Source of the DNA: a virus
Reading direction: 5' to 3' (one strand)
DNA length: 64,000 nt
IMG/VR virus record: IMGVR_UViG_3300013372_001471
Coordinates: 9,103-73,102 of that record
Program-made: the position numbers and the translations under genes
Part shown: in pieces, positions 1 to 9,533 of the stretch
How the letters are laid out: the number at the start of each line of letters is the position of its first letter
Position numbering within the stretch: position 1 is the first letter of the stretch
The notes under the pieces: model-generated
Told to the model about the DNA's origin: nothing
Seen by the model: the letters and a program-made list of their open reading frames with translations, nothing else
Database searches by the model: none

Positions 1-227
1 GCAAGAACTCTCGGTTCTACCAAAACTGCAATCTTATATTTTATATCATCGCGTTTTATATCCTGCATACATGGAGAATCCCAACAATCTATCCATATAG
101 CAATATCTTGCATTTCATATGGTGTCCAATGTAAATACTTACTTGGAAAACACGGCCATTGTTCTGCAATCTCTTTATCGCCATAGTTTCCAGGATTGCA
201 CATAAATGCCTTTAATCTGTCCATCAT
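1..227 (-). CDS. Partial ORF (5' part; runs off the window), probable glycosyltransferase-like protein
   Basis: Manual translation MMDRLKAFMCNPGNYGDKEIAEQWPCFPSKYLHWTPYEMQDIAIWIDCWDSPCMQDIKRDDIKYKIAVLVEPRVL, open to the window edge. ATGA overlap with the gmd stop. Function inferred from context only. Confidence 0.5.
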   Translation of the reverse strand, partial: MMDRLKAFMCNPGNYGDKEIAEQWPCFPSKYLHWTPYEMQDIAIWIDCWDSPCMQDIKRDDIKYKIAVLVEPRVL

Positions 228-1204
228 CTGCCTCCCAAAAAAGACATCCAATGATGTATCATTTCATCCATAGTTCCGTTAAAGGTGTATTCGGGCTTCC
301 ACCCTAATATCTTTCTTATGCGGGATGAATCACCTTTTAGATAAGGCAATTCTTCAGGTCTTAAAAACTTTTCATCTTGAATAACATAATCGCGATAATC
401 CAATTCCAATTTACCAAAAACGTATTCACACATCTCTCTAACGGAACGAGTTTCACCTGTTGCAACTACCCAATCATCTGGAGTATCTTGTTGTAATATC
501 ATATGCATAGCCCTAACATAATCTTTTGAATGACCCCAATCTCTATATGAATCCAGATTACCTAATACCAATTTATCTTCTAATCCTAATTTTATTTTAA
601 CAGCAGTCTTTACAACTTTATTAGTTACAAAATTAGATCCACGTCTTGGTGATTCGTGATTAAAAAGAATACCGTTACTTGCATGTAAATTATATGCATT
701 TCTATAATTACGAACAATGTTGAATCCAAAAACCTTTGAACACCCATAAGGAGAAACTGGCTTCATTGGCGTTGTTTCTCTTTGAAATCCATCGTCATCA
801 ACCGAACTACCAAACATTTCAGATGAAGATGCTTGATAAAATTTTGCATTAGGACATATTCTCCGGTAAGCATCCAGTATATTTAAGACACCAACTGCAT
901 TAGTTTGAACAGTAAATTGTGGAATGTCATAACTTACTCTGACATGAGATTGGGCAGCAAGGTTGTATATTTCATCCGGCATAATATCCGCCAATAATCT
1001 TTCCATACTAGATTGATCCAACAAGTCCCCATAGAATACTTTTATATCTTCATTTCCACCAGATAGACGGCTCTGTTGATGTTCCGGAACAGAGTTTCTT
1101 CTAATCATCCCATATACATCATAATCAAGTCCAACAAGATATTCTGCAAGATATGAACCGTCTTGTCCACCTATTCCAGTTATGAACGCCTTTTTCTTAC
1201 TCAT
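224..1204 (-). CDS. gmd: GDP-mannose 4,6-dehydratase
   Basis: ITGIGGQDGSYLAE, YNLAAQSHVRVS, FYQASSSEMFG, SPYGCSK (YxxxK), GILFNHESPRRG, GNLDSYRDWGH. Confidence 0.97.
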   Translation of the reverse strand: MSKKKAFITGIGGQDGSYLAEYLVGLDYDVYGMIRRNSVPEHQQSRLSGGNEDIKVFYGDLLDQSSMERLLADIMPDEIYNLAAQSHVRVSYDIPQFTVQTNAVGVLNILDAYRRICPNAKFYQASSSEMFGSSVDDDGFQRETTPMKPVSPYGCSKVFGFNIVRNYRNAYNLHASNGILFNHESPRRGSNFVTNKVVKTAVKIKLGLEDKLVLGNLDSYRDWGHSKDYVRAMHMILQQDTPDDWVVATGETRSVREMCEYVFGKLELDYRDYVIQDEKFLRPEELPYLKGDSSRIRKILGWKPEYTFNGTMDEMIHHWMSFLGGR

Positions 1205-1218
1205 ATTATTTTCCTATG

Positions 1219-1806
1219 TTATTTTTTGAATACTTCCATTTCAGTTAAATCTGGCCAATCCGATACAACCCATTGTCTCGGTTGTGTTTCTATTGCAGTT
1301 GGTAACTTATCCAATCCAAGTTTTGCAGTTTCGGGTGTCATATAATAATGATAACCAATCGTTGATATATTTTGTTCTCGCCAAGGAATAACGGGTAATC
1401 TACCATCATAAGACATTTTCTTTATTTCAATAGCAGCATCTTCATCATCAAGTAAAATAATACCACCCCTACCCAATGATAAATGTTTTTGATATTGAAA
1501 ACTAATACCCATCATTGTATTTGGTATGTAACTATTTTGTTTCCATAATACAGCAGCATCTACAATTCTATCTGTTACATAATAATAGTCTAACCAATCT
1601 TCATCACGCCATTCCAATTCTATATTCAATTTACTAGCAAGGAATGGAATTGAAATATATGTGTGTTTCGGAACTGAAATTTTATTTACATCAGTATAAC
1701 GAAGAGCGAGTTCAATACCATGTGTGCAACTATCAACTGCGATTGCAAATGGTGCACCAAAAAACTTTGCAACTTCTTTTTCAAACTCTTGAACTATCTG
1801 AAACAT
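1219..1806 (-). CDS. DegT/DnrJ/EryC1/StrS-family PLP-dependent sugar aminotransferase (short form)
   Basis: FEKEVAKFFGAPFAIAVDSCTHGIELAL, DAA, SFQYQKHLSLGRGG (PLP lysine), GYHYYM; only 195 aa. Confidence 0.85.
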   Translation of the reverse strand: MFQIVQEFEKEVAKFFGAPFAIAVDSCTHGIELALRYTDVNKISVPKHTYISIPFLASKLNIELEWRDEDWLDYYYVTDRIVDAAVLWKQNSYIPNTMMGISFQYQKHLSLGRGGIILLDDEDAAIEIKKMSYDGRLPVIPWREQNISTIGYHYYMTPETAKLGLDKLPTAIETQPRQWVVSDWPDLTEMEVFKK

Positions 1807-1814
1807 ATTACACC

Positions 1815-2723
1815 TTATTTTAATTTTTCTTTTAGATATGTTTTTATATTGTTATTATCATTACACCATTTGGTTGCATACTTTGCCTTTGTTTTCTCAC
1901 TAAACATTGGATGGTAGTATTGTTCACATCCACCAAAGAAATAATGAATGGCTTGTGTTAATCTTGTTTTATTCAAATCGGTAACACCTTCAATGTTTGA
2001 ACCACCATGTAACATATTTGCAGCCCATATAAGAGCTTGACCTTTTTTTAGTTTTACAATATATGGATCAACACCACTATTTTCAATCAATGATTGTATA
2101 AATGTTTCATATTCTCTATATGTAACTGCCTCACCATTTTCTATTGTATCTGGATGTGGTAATTTCAAATTATGATACTCATATGTTGGCCACTTATGAC
2201 TACCCGGAACTATCTTTAATGAACCGTTTGTTTCATCCACATCTTCAAACGCGACCCAAACACCACACATCCACAGACTAGGAACCGTATGAAAATGTAT
2301 AACATCACTATGCATAGGTTGGTTGCTTCCCTTAATAAAGTTTATTGTTGAAAACGGAAACGGCTCTTTACAATATAGAGTTGTCAATGCTTCAATTATT
2401 TTAGGATGTAATGTAAGTTTAGCAATTTCATCACTTCTTTTCCATTGTTCAAAAATTCTTTTTGTATCGGTATATGTGAAATGATCTGCATGAAAAACCG
2501 TTGAGTCACTATTCAGAGCATCATACATATCATGTAATATCGGTGTTATATCATCGTCTGTTAAATTTAGGTCAATGATAGCATATCCCTTCTCATAAAA
2601 ATGTTTGCACATATCTTTTTGTTCTGGTGTTAAATCACAATTATCCAAAAGACTATAAAAGAATGGCGACTCTATCCAAGGAATGTCAAGTGCATCCTTA
2701 TCTTTGAAATACTTTTCACTCAT
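1815..2723 (-). CDS. Phytanoyl-CoA dioxygenase (PhyH)-family 2OG-Fe(II) oxygenase
   Basis: QPMHSD (HxD), WVAFEDVDETNGSLKIVPGSH, LHGG, TR. Confidence 0.88.
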   Translation of the reverse strand: MSEKYFKDKDALDIPWIESPFFYSLLDNCDLTPEQKDMCKHFYEKGYAIIDLNLTDDDITPILHDMYDALNSDSTVFHADHFTYTDTKRIFEQWKRSDEIAKLTLHPKIIEALTTLYCKEPFPFSTINFIKGSNQPMHSDVIHFHTVPSLWMCGVWVAFEDVDETNGSLKIVPGSHKWPTYEYHNLKLPHPDTIENGEAVTYREYETFIQSLIENSGVDPYIVKLKKGQALIWAANMLHGGSNIEGVTDLNKTRLTQAIHYFFGGCEQYYHPMFSEKTKAKYATKWCNDNNNIKTYLKEKLK

Positions 2724-3255
2724 AATTTTCTCCTAATAACTCTTTAGCACTTTCTAAAATTCTATTCTTATCTCTAATTTTTATTGGTCTAGCAGGACTA
2801 CCAGCATATATCATCCAAGGTTCTGTATCCTTTGTTACAACAGAATTTGCACCAACAATACTACCTTCACCAAGAGTAACGCCTGGTAGAACACTACAAT
2901 TCACCCCAAGAGTTGAAAACCTTTTGAATGTTACTGGTAAGTTTACAACAGTTCTATGTTCAATCGGAACAACGGGAGAAATAAGACCTTGACTGAAATC
3001 ATCGGTTGCACAAACTATTCTTCCACCGGAACCTATATTTGTAAAATCTTCCATTATTAGTTTAGCAGATGCACCACCAATGATTGAAACACTTGGAGCA
3101 ATGTGTATGTAGTTTCCCAAAATTGCCTGTGTTGAAATATATGTCCACATATCTATTGCAATGTGATTTCCAATCTCAACTAATTCCGGTCTAGTTATTA
3201 TACATTGTTCGTGTATACGAACATCTGTTCCATATTTTTTTAATCTATCTAACAT
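2716..3255 (-). CDS. Hexapeptide-repeat (left-handed beta-helix) acyl/acetyltransferase
   Basis: LGVNCSVLPGVTLGEGSIVGANSVVTKD...YAGSPARPI. Confidence 0.92.
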   Translation of the reverse strand: MLDRLKKYGTDVRIHEQCIITRPELVEIGNHIAIDMWTYISTQAILGNYIHIAPSVSIIGGASAKLIMEDFTNIGSGGRIVCATDDFSQGLISPVVPIEHRTVVNLPVTFKRFSTLGVNCSVLPGVTLGEGSIVGANSVVTKDTEPWMIYAGSPARPIKIRDKNRILESAKELLGENYE

Positions 3256-3258
3256 AAA

Positions 3259-4203
3259 TCAATCCGCATTGTTTATCAATATAGAACCCCATGCCCATCC
3301 AGAACCTATTGCAGTTAAAATTATTTTATCACCTTTGTCTATTTCTCCACCCTTAATTGCCTCGTCAAGTGCAATAGGAATTGATGCACCTGCAATGTTT
3401 GCATATTTGTGCATAACAGTTTTAACTTTTTCCATAGGTAGTCCAACTTCTTTAGCAACAATTTTTAATATGTTTATACTTGGTTGATGTGGGACTAACA
3501 TTTTAATTTCAGAAACATCCGTATTTGTTTTTTCCAAAACACTTTTGATTGATGGGGGTAATACTTCTATTGCCTGATCCCAAACTTGTTTACCAATCAT
3601 GTTGAACGTTTCACCTGGATTAAGATTAAATCCTGTCATTCCTGTTCCTGATCCATTTGCTAGTATTTCAGAATACAGCCAACCATTTTCGGATTTACCC
3701 AACAAAACTGCTCCTGCACCATCACCAAAGAATACAGAGTGTTTGTGATCCCAATCTGTTATTTTAGAATAAGCTTCGGTTGCAATAACGAGAACATTAT
3801 TATACACACCACTACTGATAAATGTAGCACCGATAGTTAATGCATAAACAAATCCAGAACAAACCGCATTTATATCAAATGCTGGCACATTCTTTTTTAT
3901 ACCGAGTTTGTTATGTATTATACAGGCAGTTGATGGTGATATTTTTTCAGGACTTGAAGTTGCAACTATTATCAAATCTAAATCTTCTTTATCCACACCG
4001 GAACTCTCCAATACAGACAATGCAACTTTCAATCCCATATCAGACGGTAATTCATTTTCAACAACACGTCTTTCATCTATCCCAAGTTTTTCTTTTACCC
4101 ATTCGTGAGTAGTATCTACTCTCGATTCAATTTCATAATTGGTAACAATCTTTTCAGGAAGATAAGAACTTGTGCCCTTTATTTTAACATTTTCAAATTT
4201 CAT
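3259..4203 (-). CDS. fabH: 3-oxoacyl-ACP synthase III (KAS III)
   Basis: Catalytic triad motifs AFDINAVCSGF, VPHQPS, YANIAGASIP; FGDGAGA; GSGWAWG. Confidence 0.95.
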   Translation of the reverse strand: MKFENVKIKGTSSYLPEKIVTNYEIESRVDTTHEWVKEKLGIDERRVVENELPSDMGLKVALSVLESSGVDKEDLDLIIVATSSPEKISPSTACIIHNKLGIKKNVPAFDINAVCSGFVYALTIGATFISSGVYNNVLVIATEAYSKITDWDHKHSVFFGDGAGAVLLGKSENGWLYSEILANGSGTGMTGFNLNPGETFNMIGKQVWDQAIEVLPPSIKSVLEKTNTDVSEIKMLVPHQPSINILKIVAKEVGLPMEKVKTVMHKYANIAGASIPIALDEAIKGGEIDKGDKIILTAIGSGWAWGSILINNAD

Positions 4204-4619
4204 TCTTTCTCCAAGAAAACTTTATCAAGTTTCTGCCCCTCATATGGTCCAGTTTTGTATTCATATACAAATGTATCATCTTCAAGAATATAATAGTTGT
4301 GTCCACCTTCAAGTGTAAAACTTGCATCACCAGGATAAAGAATTGGCTCAGCTATAACTACATCATCAATATCATATAAAATACATTTCACACTACCACG
4401 AACAACTATCCAACTTTCTTGTGCAATAACATTGCGTGTTCTTTCTTTCCAAATATGTTTATGTGGTTTGAAAGTTTTACCTTCTTCCATTTGTAGTATA
4501 GAACATTGTATGAATTGATTTTCCTCAACAATGTCTTGTCTACCTGGTTTGAAATCTTCTTTACGAACAATAATGTGAAGCAGTTTTTCTGGCTCAACCT
4601 TTGAGTATATTTTCTCCAT
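4200..4619 (-). CDS. Cupin-fold protein (WbuC-like)
   Basis: PHKH...QESWIVVRG...GGHNY...EYKTGPY, typical of cupins in O-antigen clusters. Confidence 0.75.
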   Translation of the reverse strand: MEKIYSKVEPEKLLHIIVRKEDFKPGRQDIVEENQFIQCSILQMEEGKTFKPHKHIWKERTRNVIAQESWIVVRGSVKCILYDIDDVVIAEPILYPGDASFTLEGGHNYYILEDDTFVYEYKTGPYEGQKLDKVFLEKE

Positions 4620-4620
4620 T

Positions 4621-5250
4621 TCAATTATCCTCTAATCTTTTCAAAATAGTCATTCTATATTCGGTATCATATCCTTTAACAATGGACCAATTGTGGTTAC
4701 TTTGTAAGAAATCAATGATTGTGTCTTCAACATAATTTAAGTTGCCGGAAGTATTCTGTAATAAATCCTCTCTCATATTCGAGACAAACTTATTATCATT
4801 TATTACAATATATTTTTTAACCATACTCTGGATTGATGATATGGTTTCTGATAAATTATTAACGGTATTATCGGTATGTATGAAAACCATATCTACTATT
4901 TCACCAATATCTAAAAACGGTGGTCTTACTATTACTTCAAAAGAAATACCACAGTATTTTGAAATATCATTTAGGTAATATATTTTCTTATTCATTTTAT
5001 CCAACCAAATGGATCTAAATGATTTTTCTAAACCGTTTTTATTTGATAACAAACCATTTATCATGCACCATGAGAATGTTATTTTATCATCGGGATGTAT
5101 AGTTATTAACTCAACAATGTTATTACATTCTTCTGACAAAGAACTCAATGTATTACAATAAGGAAATGTATCTATGTCAGACATGCAAACATTAAAAAAC
5201 TTTTCAGTAATTATTTTATTCGATATGATTTCTTTGTTATCCATTATCAC
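4621..5250 (-). CDS. Hypothetical protein, possibly a degenerate class I SAM-methyltransferase fold
   Basis: ECNNIVEL...DMVFIHT...KKYIVIND pattern resembles phage Methyltransf_24-like proteins, but the key Gly/Asp/His residues are altered. Confidence 0.4.
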   Translation of the reverse strand: MIMDNKEIISNKIITEKFFNVCMSDIDTFPYCNTLSSLSEECNNIVELITIHPDDKITFSWCMINGLLSNKNGLEKSFRSIWLDKMNKKIYYLNDISKYCGISFEVIVRPPFLDIGEIVDMVFIHTDNTVNNLSETISSIQSMVKKYIVINDNKFVSNMREDLLQNTSGNLNYVEDTIIDFLQSNHNWSIVKGYDTEYRMTILKRLEDN

Positions 5251-6107
5251 AGTATAAGTTTTTTTATTTCTTCAATAACTTCATCATCACTAATATAAGG
5301 ATTTAGAGTGACATGGCCAAATTCTGGAAAATAAAATTTTGGTCCCAATTTAGGTTCTTCATTTTTTTCTATTACACCGTTCCATCCATACAGTTGATGA
5401 ACAAAATCTCCCGTTATTATAGTTTTAATACCAAGACCTGCAGCGATATTAGACAAACCACCTTCAGCGCCTATAAAGTAATCACAATTTTTAATAACGG
5501 ATGCGGTCAATGTTAATTCACTAACTGCTGTTATTTCCGATGTTTTTTGATCAAAACCATTTGGTTTACCCACTGGTATCAATAATACATTATCATTTTT
5601 ATTTAAGGTTTCCAATATATGATTTATGTTTCTTCTCTTTCCACCATAGCCCAAATTAGGGACATCAATTCCGGTGTTATATTCTTCTTCTGTAAATAAG
5701 AAACTTTTTTCTTCCCAATTTGTTTGAACAGCAACTAGTATATTTTTTTCGTTTTTGTATGAAGAAAATGCATCTTTAACTAACTTATCGGTTGATTTAT
5801 TAGTATAAACATTATAGTCAGTATCAACATTTTCAATCCCACATTGAATTTGGAACTGTTCTATTGGAGTTGATTTTCTATTTATAGGTTTGAGTTGATG
5901 TATTACATTGTAAACGGATTCATCACATTCTGAATAATAAACATCATCTATGTATGGGTTGTTAAACATCAATTCAAATGGTGCAAGAATAGATATTTGA
6001 AAATCTACTTGACAATCATTACCATGTTTTTCCTTTAACTTTTTTGCAATTGATGATGCAAATATATTATCACCAATAAATCCAATAGTCTTTACTAAAA
6101 TTTTCAT
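5247..6107 (-). CDS. Glycosyltransferase family 9-like (heptosyltransferase-like)
   Basis: IGDNIFAS, NNPYID, IKNCDYFIGAEGGLSNIAAGLGIKTI. Confidence 0.8.
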   Translation of the reverse strand: MKILVKTIGFIGDNIFASSIAKKLKEKHGNDCQVDFQISILAPFELMFNNPYIDDVYYSECDESVYNVIHQLKPINRKSTPIEQFQIQCGIENVDTDYNVYTNKSTDKLVKDAFSSYKNEKNILVAVQTNWEEKSFLFTEEEYNTGIDVPNLGYGGKRRNINHILETLNKNDNVLLIPVGKPNGFDQKTSEITAVSELTLTASVIKNCDYFIGAEGGLSNIAAGLGIKTIITGDFVHQLYGWNGVIEKNEEPKLGPKFYFPEFGHVTLNPYISDDEVIEEIKKLIL

Positions 6108-6817
6108 AACTCATTCTCACTATAAACAAAATTATTTACTTTCAACCAACGAACATCGCTACCTGCATCAAACTCTATACAATCTGCCGATACATTTTCA
6201 TACCCAAAAGATATATTTTCTTTTATCTGATAGAGTAGTTTATGATTGTTTATGAAATCAACATCATCGTCTGCAGGTTTACTGTCTTCGTGATAAAGTG
6301 CATAAAATAGCCCATCATTTCTTTTCCATTCATAACCGTGTAGTCTTAATCTTTCCCGCGTATCATCATCTTCTTTACCCCAACCGCGATAGTATGGATT
6401 CAAACCATTTACTTTTTGAAATAAGTTTCTATGTAAAACAAAAACACCACCAGAGTGATCACCAACATCCACATGAAAGTTTCTATAACCAGCGGGTATA
6501 TCTTCATATTTTCTCTCTACATCATTTGCATCCAGAAATTTTACTCTACCAACTGGATATAAAGGAGTATCTTCATCTGTATCATAGGAAACTCCAGACG
6601 CAGGATAGTAATCTACATCGTGAAAAATAAACAACTCGCCATTTGCCCTTTTAGCTGCTATATTATACAAAGAGTTTTTCTGAAACTTATCGTTGTCATC
6701 CTGTTCAACAATAATTATTTCATAATCACCTTTACGAAAAATATCATGCAGTCTTGGCAAAAGTTTTATTAAATGAGGTTCTCTGTCTCTGTAAGATATT
6801 ATTATAGAGTATTTCAT
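6104..6817 (-). CDS. Glycosyltransferase family 7-like (beta-1,4-galactosyltransferase type)
   Basis: ISYRDREPHL, IVEQ, IFHDVD, KVNG...YRGWGKEDDD. Confidence 0.88.
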   Translation of the reverse strand: MKYSIIISYRDREPHLIKLLPRLHDIFRKGDYEIIIVEQDDNDKFQKNSLYNIAAKRANGELFIFHDVDYYPASGVSYDTDEDTPLYPVGRVKFLDANDVERKYEDIPAGYRNFHVDVGDHSGGVFVLHRNLFQKVNGLNPYYRGWGKEDDDTRERLRLHGYEWKRNDGLFYALYHEDSKPADDDVDFINNHKLLYQIKENISFGYENVSADCIEFDAGSDVRWLKVNNFVYSENEL

Positions 6818-7575
6818 AATCTATCATATTGGTGAACAATAAAATATCTATCTAACGTATTCATGTCAAAGGTAACAAACCCTTTAGCAATAACATCAAG
6901 ATGCACTGCAAAGTTATTACTTAAATCTGTGAACATAACATCATCTTTGTATGTGGTCTGTATTAAATAATTAAATGATGTTTGATCAGCAACAAGTTTT
7001 TTACCAATAGACATAAGATATATGTCTCTACATATGTTACGAACATAATGTCCACATCCACCGAAAACACCAACATTGTAAACTTCTTTATCAATCAATG
7101 TATCAGTTCCAATTCCACCTAAATTAACAAACAAGTGCCTTTTATTCCAATCTTCGTTTTCATACTTAACAACTTCACTTGAAGCAATTATCAAGTTATG
7201 AGGAACATACTCGAATGGATCTCTATTAAAATAAACATCCCTAACATCAGTAATCAAAACTTTATCATATTCGGTATCGTTTAGTATTTGCCATATATGA
7301 AAAAATCTAACATTATGAACCAAATTATATGATGACTCTAAATCATTATTTGCAGTATTTGTTTCAAACTTTGTTGTATATTGCCCATACATATCAAACT
7401 CCGGGACAATAACATCTATATTCTTTGATAATAGATACTCGGATAACTCACTATTTGTATTGTTATAGAGTAATAGTATTCGTTCACACCCAAATATATT
7501 TGATGATTCTACCCATCTATCAACATCCTTTATGCCATAGTTTCCACTAATCGCACCTATCAATAAATTTCTCAT
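6814..7575 (-). CDS. Putative GT-A fold glycosyltransferase
   Basis: ITDVRDVYFNRDPF, YNVGVFGG, DQTSFN, IVHQYDR. Confidence 0.65.
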   Translation of the reverse strand: MRNLLIGAISGNYGIKDVDRWVESSNIFGCERILLLYNNTNSELSEYLLSKNIDVIVPEFDMYGQYTTKFETNTANNDLESSYNLVHNVRFFHIWQILNDTEYDKVLITDVRDVYFNRDPFEYVPHNLIIASSEVVKYENEDWNKRHLFVNLGGIGTDTLIDKEVYNVGVFGGCGHYVRNICRDIYLMSIGKKLVADQTSFNYLIQTTYKDDVMFTDLSNNFAVHLDVIAKGFVTFDMNTLDRYFIVHQYDRL

Positions 7576-8207
7576 AAATCATTTCCCATGTTTGCATAAA
7601 AACTATTCTGTGCTTCTTGTTTGTGAATAGACTTCATATGATATAGACAATATGCCTCATCTTCTGGTAAATTTGTATAACTATTGTATCCAGATATTCT
7701 CTCATGCACTTTATTTTTCCATGATATTGTATCTATATTTTTGTATATTCTAGTTTGATAATCTGGCCAATTAACTCTTTCTTCATCATCAAATCTCCAT
7801 CCCCATTTTTCAATATGGTTGGGTGTGATGTCAAAAACAGTATTCCATCTTGGAACTAAAAACATATCTACTTCATCATTACTTTCAAGTATAGACTTCA
7901 AATTAGCAAGAAGAAATTGTGAAGGAACTTCATCGGCATCTATATTGAATATCCATTTTTTTGAACAGTATTTTTTCAAATTGTTTTTGAATCTTGAAAA
8001 ATCATTATCCAAAGGAAATTCTATGACAACCATGTTTTTTATGGTTTCAAGATATTGATCAACAACATCTTTTATTTCAGTTGTTAGTTTTTCGCTATCA
8101 AGTTGTATTACCAATTCATCATCGTCAGTAATATAATTTGAAAGTGTATCTAACAAAATCAATAACTCTTTTTCTTCATTGCATGCGGTTACTGTATATG
8201 AAATCAT
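7572..8207 (-). CDS. Glycosyltransferase family 2
   Basis: ISYTVTACNE, WIFNIDADE (DxD), WPDYQTRIY, KVHE. Confidence 0.88.
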   Translation of the reverse strand: MISYTVTACNEEKELLILLDTLSNYITDDDELVIQLDSEKLTTEIKDVVDQYLETIKNMVVIEFPLDNDFSRFKNNLKKYCSKKWIFNIDADEVPSQFLLANLKSILESNDEVDMFLVPRWNTVFDITPNHIEKWGWRFDDEERVNWPDYQTRIYKNIDTISWKNKVHERISGYNSYTNLPEDEAYCLYHMKSIHKQEAQNSFYANMGNDL

Positions 8208-9523
8208 TTTGTTTCCTCTTTTTTAAGTTTTGTTAATTTCGGAAGTTCTTTTAATTGAGGAAGATTTATTTTCATTCTTTCTGCAAATTTAGGAACACGG
8301 TTCTCTAATAATGTATTGAACTTTTCATGCATTGCATCGTATGACCATTTCGATTTCATTTGTTGTATATTCTTTTTTGAAGACATTACCATTGTAGAAT
8401 AATTCCGATACACCTTATCTAGCATTTTGGCTGCAAATTGGTAATCAACTGTAAACCATTTTGAACCTGCATTTATTACACTTTCCCAAACAGAAGAATG
8501 ATGAACATTCCGTAAATCGCCTTTTAATAAAGTATTAAATTTTTCATCAACAAAATCTAGTTGACCGCTCCATCCAGAAACAAGCACAGGTTTTCCGGTT
8601 GTCATAAACTCTGCAATGGGTCTACCATAACCTTCACCTTTTGTGAATGAAACAAATGCCTTTATCTTTGGATGATTGTATAATGAGTTCATTTCTTTTT
8701 CATTCAAGTCACCGTGTAGAACATAAACATTAGGCAAATGTTTCTTTTTACTCATGTGTCTTATTAAATTAACCTTTTCAATAATTCTACTTCTGTCAGT
8801 AACAGAAAATGTTCCTGATGATGTTTTCAAAACAAGTGCAGGTGGATTAGGCGAATCACCAAATGTTTCAAAGAAAGTATGCACTAATCCAGATACATCT
8901 TTTCTATCTTCACCGAAATCACCTTTCATCCAATGACCAACAAATAGAAATGCAAAATTTTCTTTAATTGCATCAAGTTCTTCTTTTACCGATGGTTCTA
9001 TTTCAATATCTTTATCATATATTTCAGTTCTAACACCTTCGTGTAAAACTTCTATTGGAACATTGACTGTTAGTTTACCAACAACCTGATTTGTTTGTTT
9101 ATCTCTTTTTTCATATTGAGTGTTTTCAAATACCCACTTTGCATGATTGGATGGAACAATAACCATGTTCATTCTATTACAACCTTCTATAAATTCAGGC
9201 GAACAAACATCTGTTTCTATTCCGGCAGTTATACCTATATTATATTTACCAACTGGATTAAATTCATTTGGTATAGTGCATTGCATCCAAATATCCGGTT
9301 GAGACTGCAACTGCCCTTTCTCTATCAAATCTAAAATCTGTTTATGTTCTGCATTGTTTTCATCCAATGCATTCATTGGAGTGTTTCCCCAATTTATAGA
9401 TATAATTTTTATTCTAAACTTATTCATTTTAATTAGCGATAATACTAAATCTCTAGCATGAGATCCATATCCACTAACAGTAGTAACTGGTCCACAAAAA
9501 ACTAATTCTGGTTTGTAACTCAT
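8204..9523 (-). CDS. Glycosyltransferase family 4 (GT-B)
   Basis: SGYGSHARD, FLFVGHW, RKD, TKGEGYGRPIAE (ExxxxxxxE), GKPVLVSGWSGQLDF. Confidence 0.88.
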   Translation of the reverse strand: MSYKPELVFCGPVTTVSGYGSHARDLVLSLIKMNKFRIKIISINWGNTPMNALDENNAEHKQILDLIEKGQLQSQPDIWMQCTIPNEFNPVGKYNIGITAGIETDVCSPEFIEGCNRMNMVIVPSNHAKWVFENTQYEKRDKQTNQVVGKLTVNVPIEVLHEGVRTEIYDKDIEIEPSVKEELDAIKENFAFLFVGHWMKGDFGEDRKDVSGLVHTFFETFGDSPNPPALVLKTSSGTFSVTDRSRIIEKVNLIRHMSKKKHLPNVYVLHGDLNEKEMNSLYNHPKIKAFVSFTKGEGYGRPIAEFMTTGKPVLVSGWSGQLDFVDEKFNTLLKGDLRNVHHSSVWESVINAGSKWFTVDYQFAAKMLDKVYRNYSTMVMSSKKNIQQMKSKWSYDAMHEKFNTLLENRVPKFAERMKINLPQLKELPKLTKLKKEETK

Positions 9524-9533
9524 TTTTATATCC

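Noticed and set aside
1219-1806. AKFFG in the aminotransferase (and KFF in the exonuclease, NTase and the 4621-5250 ORF) as clamp motifs
   Set aside because: These mostly fall within predicted folded helices rather than free termini or loop insertions; treated as background, which also tempers the clamp-motif finding.
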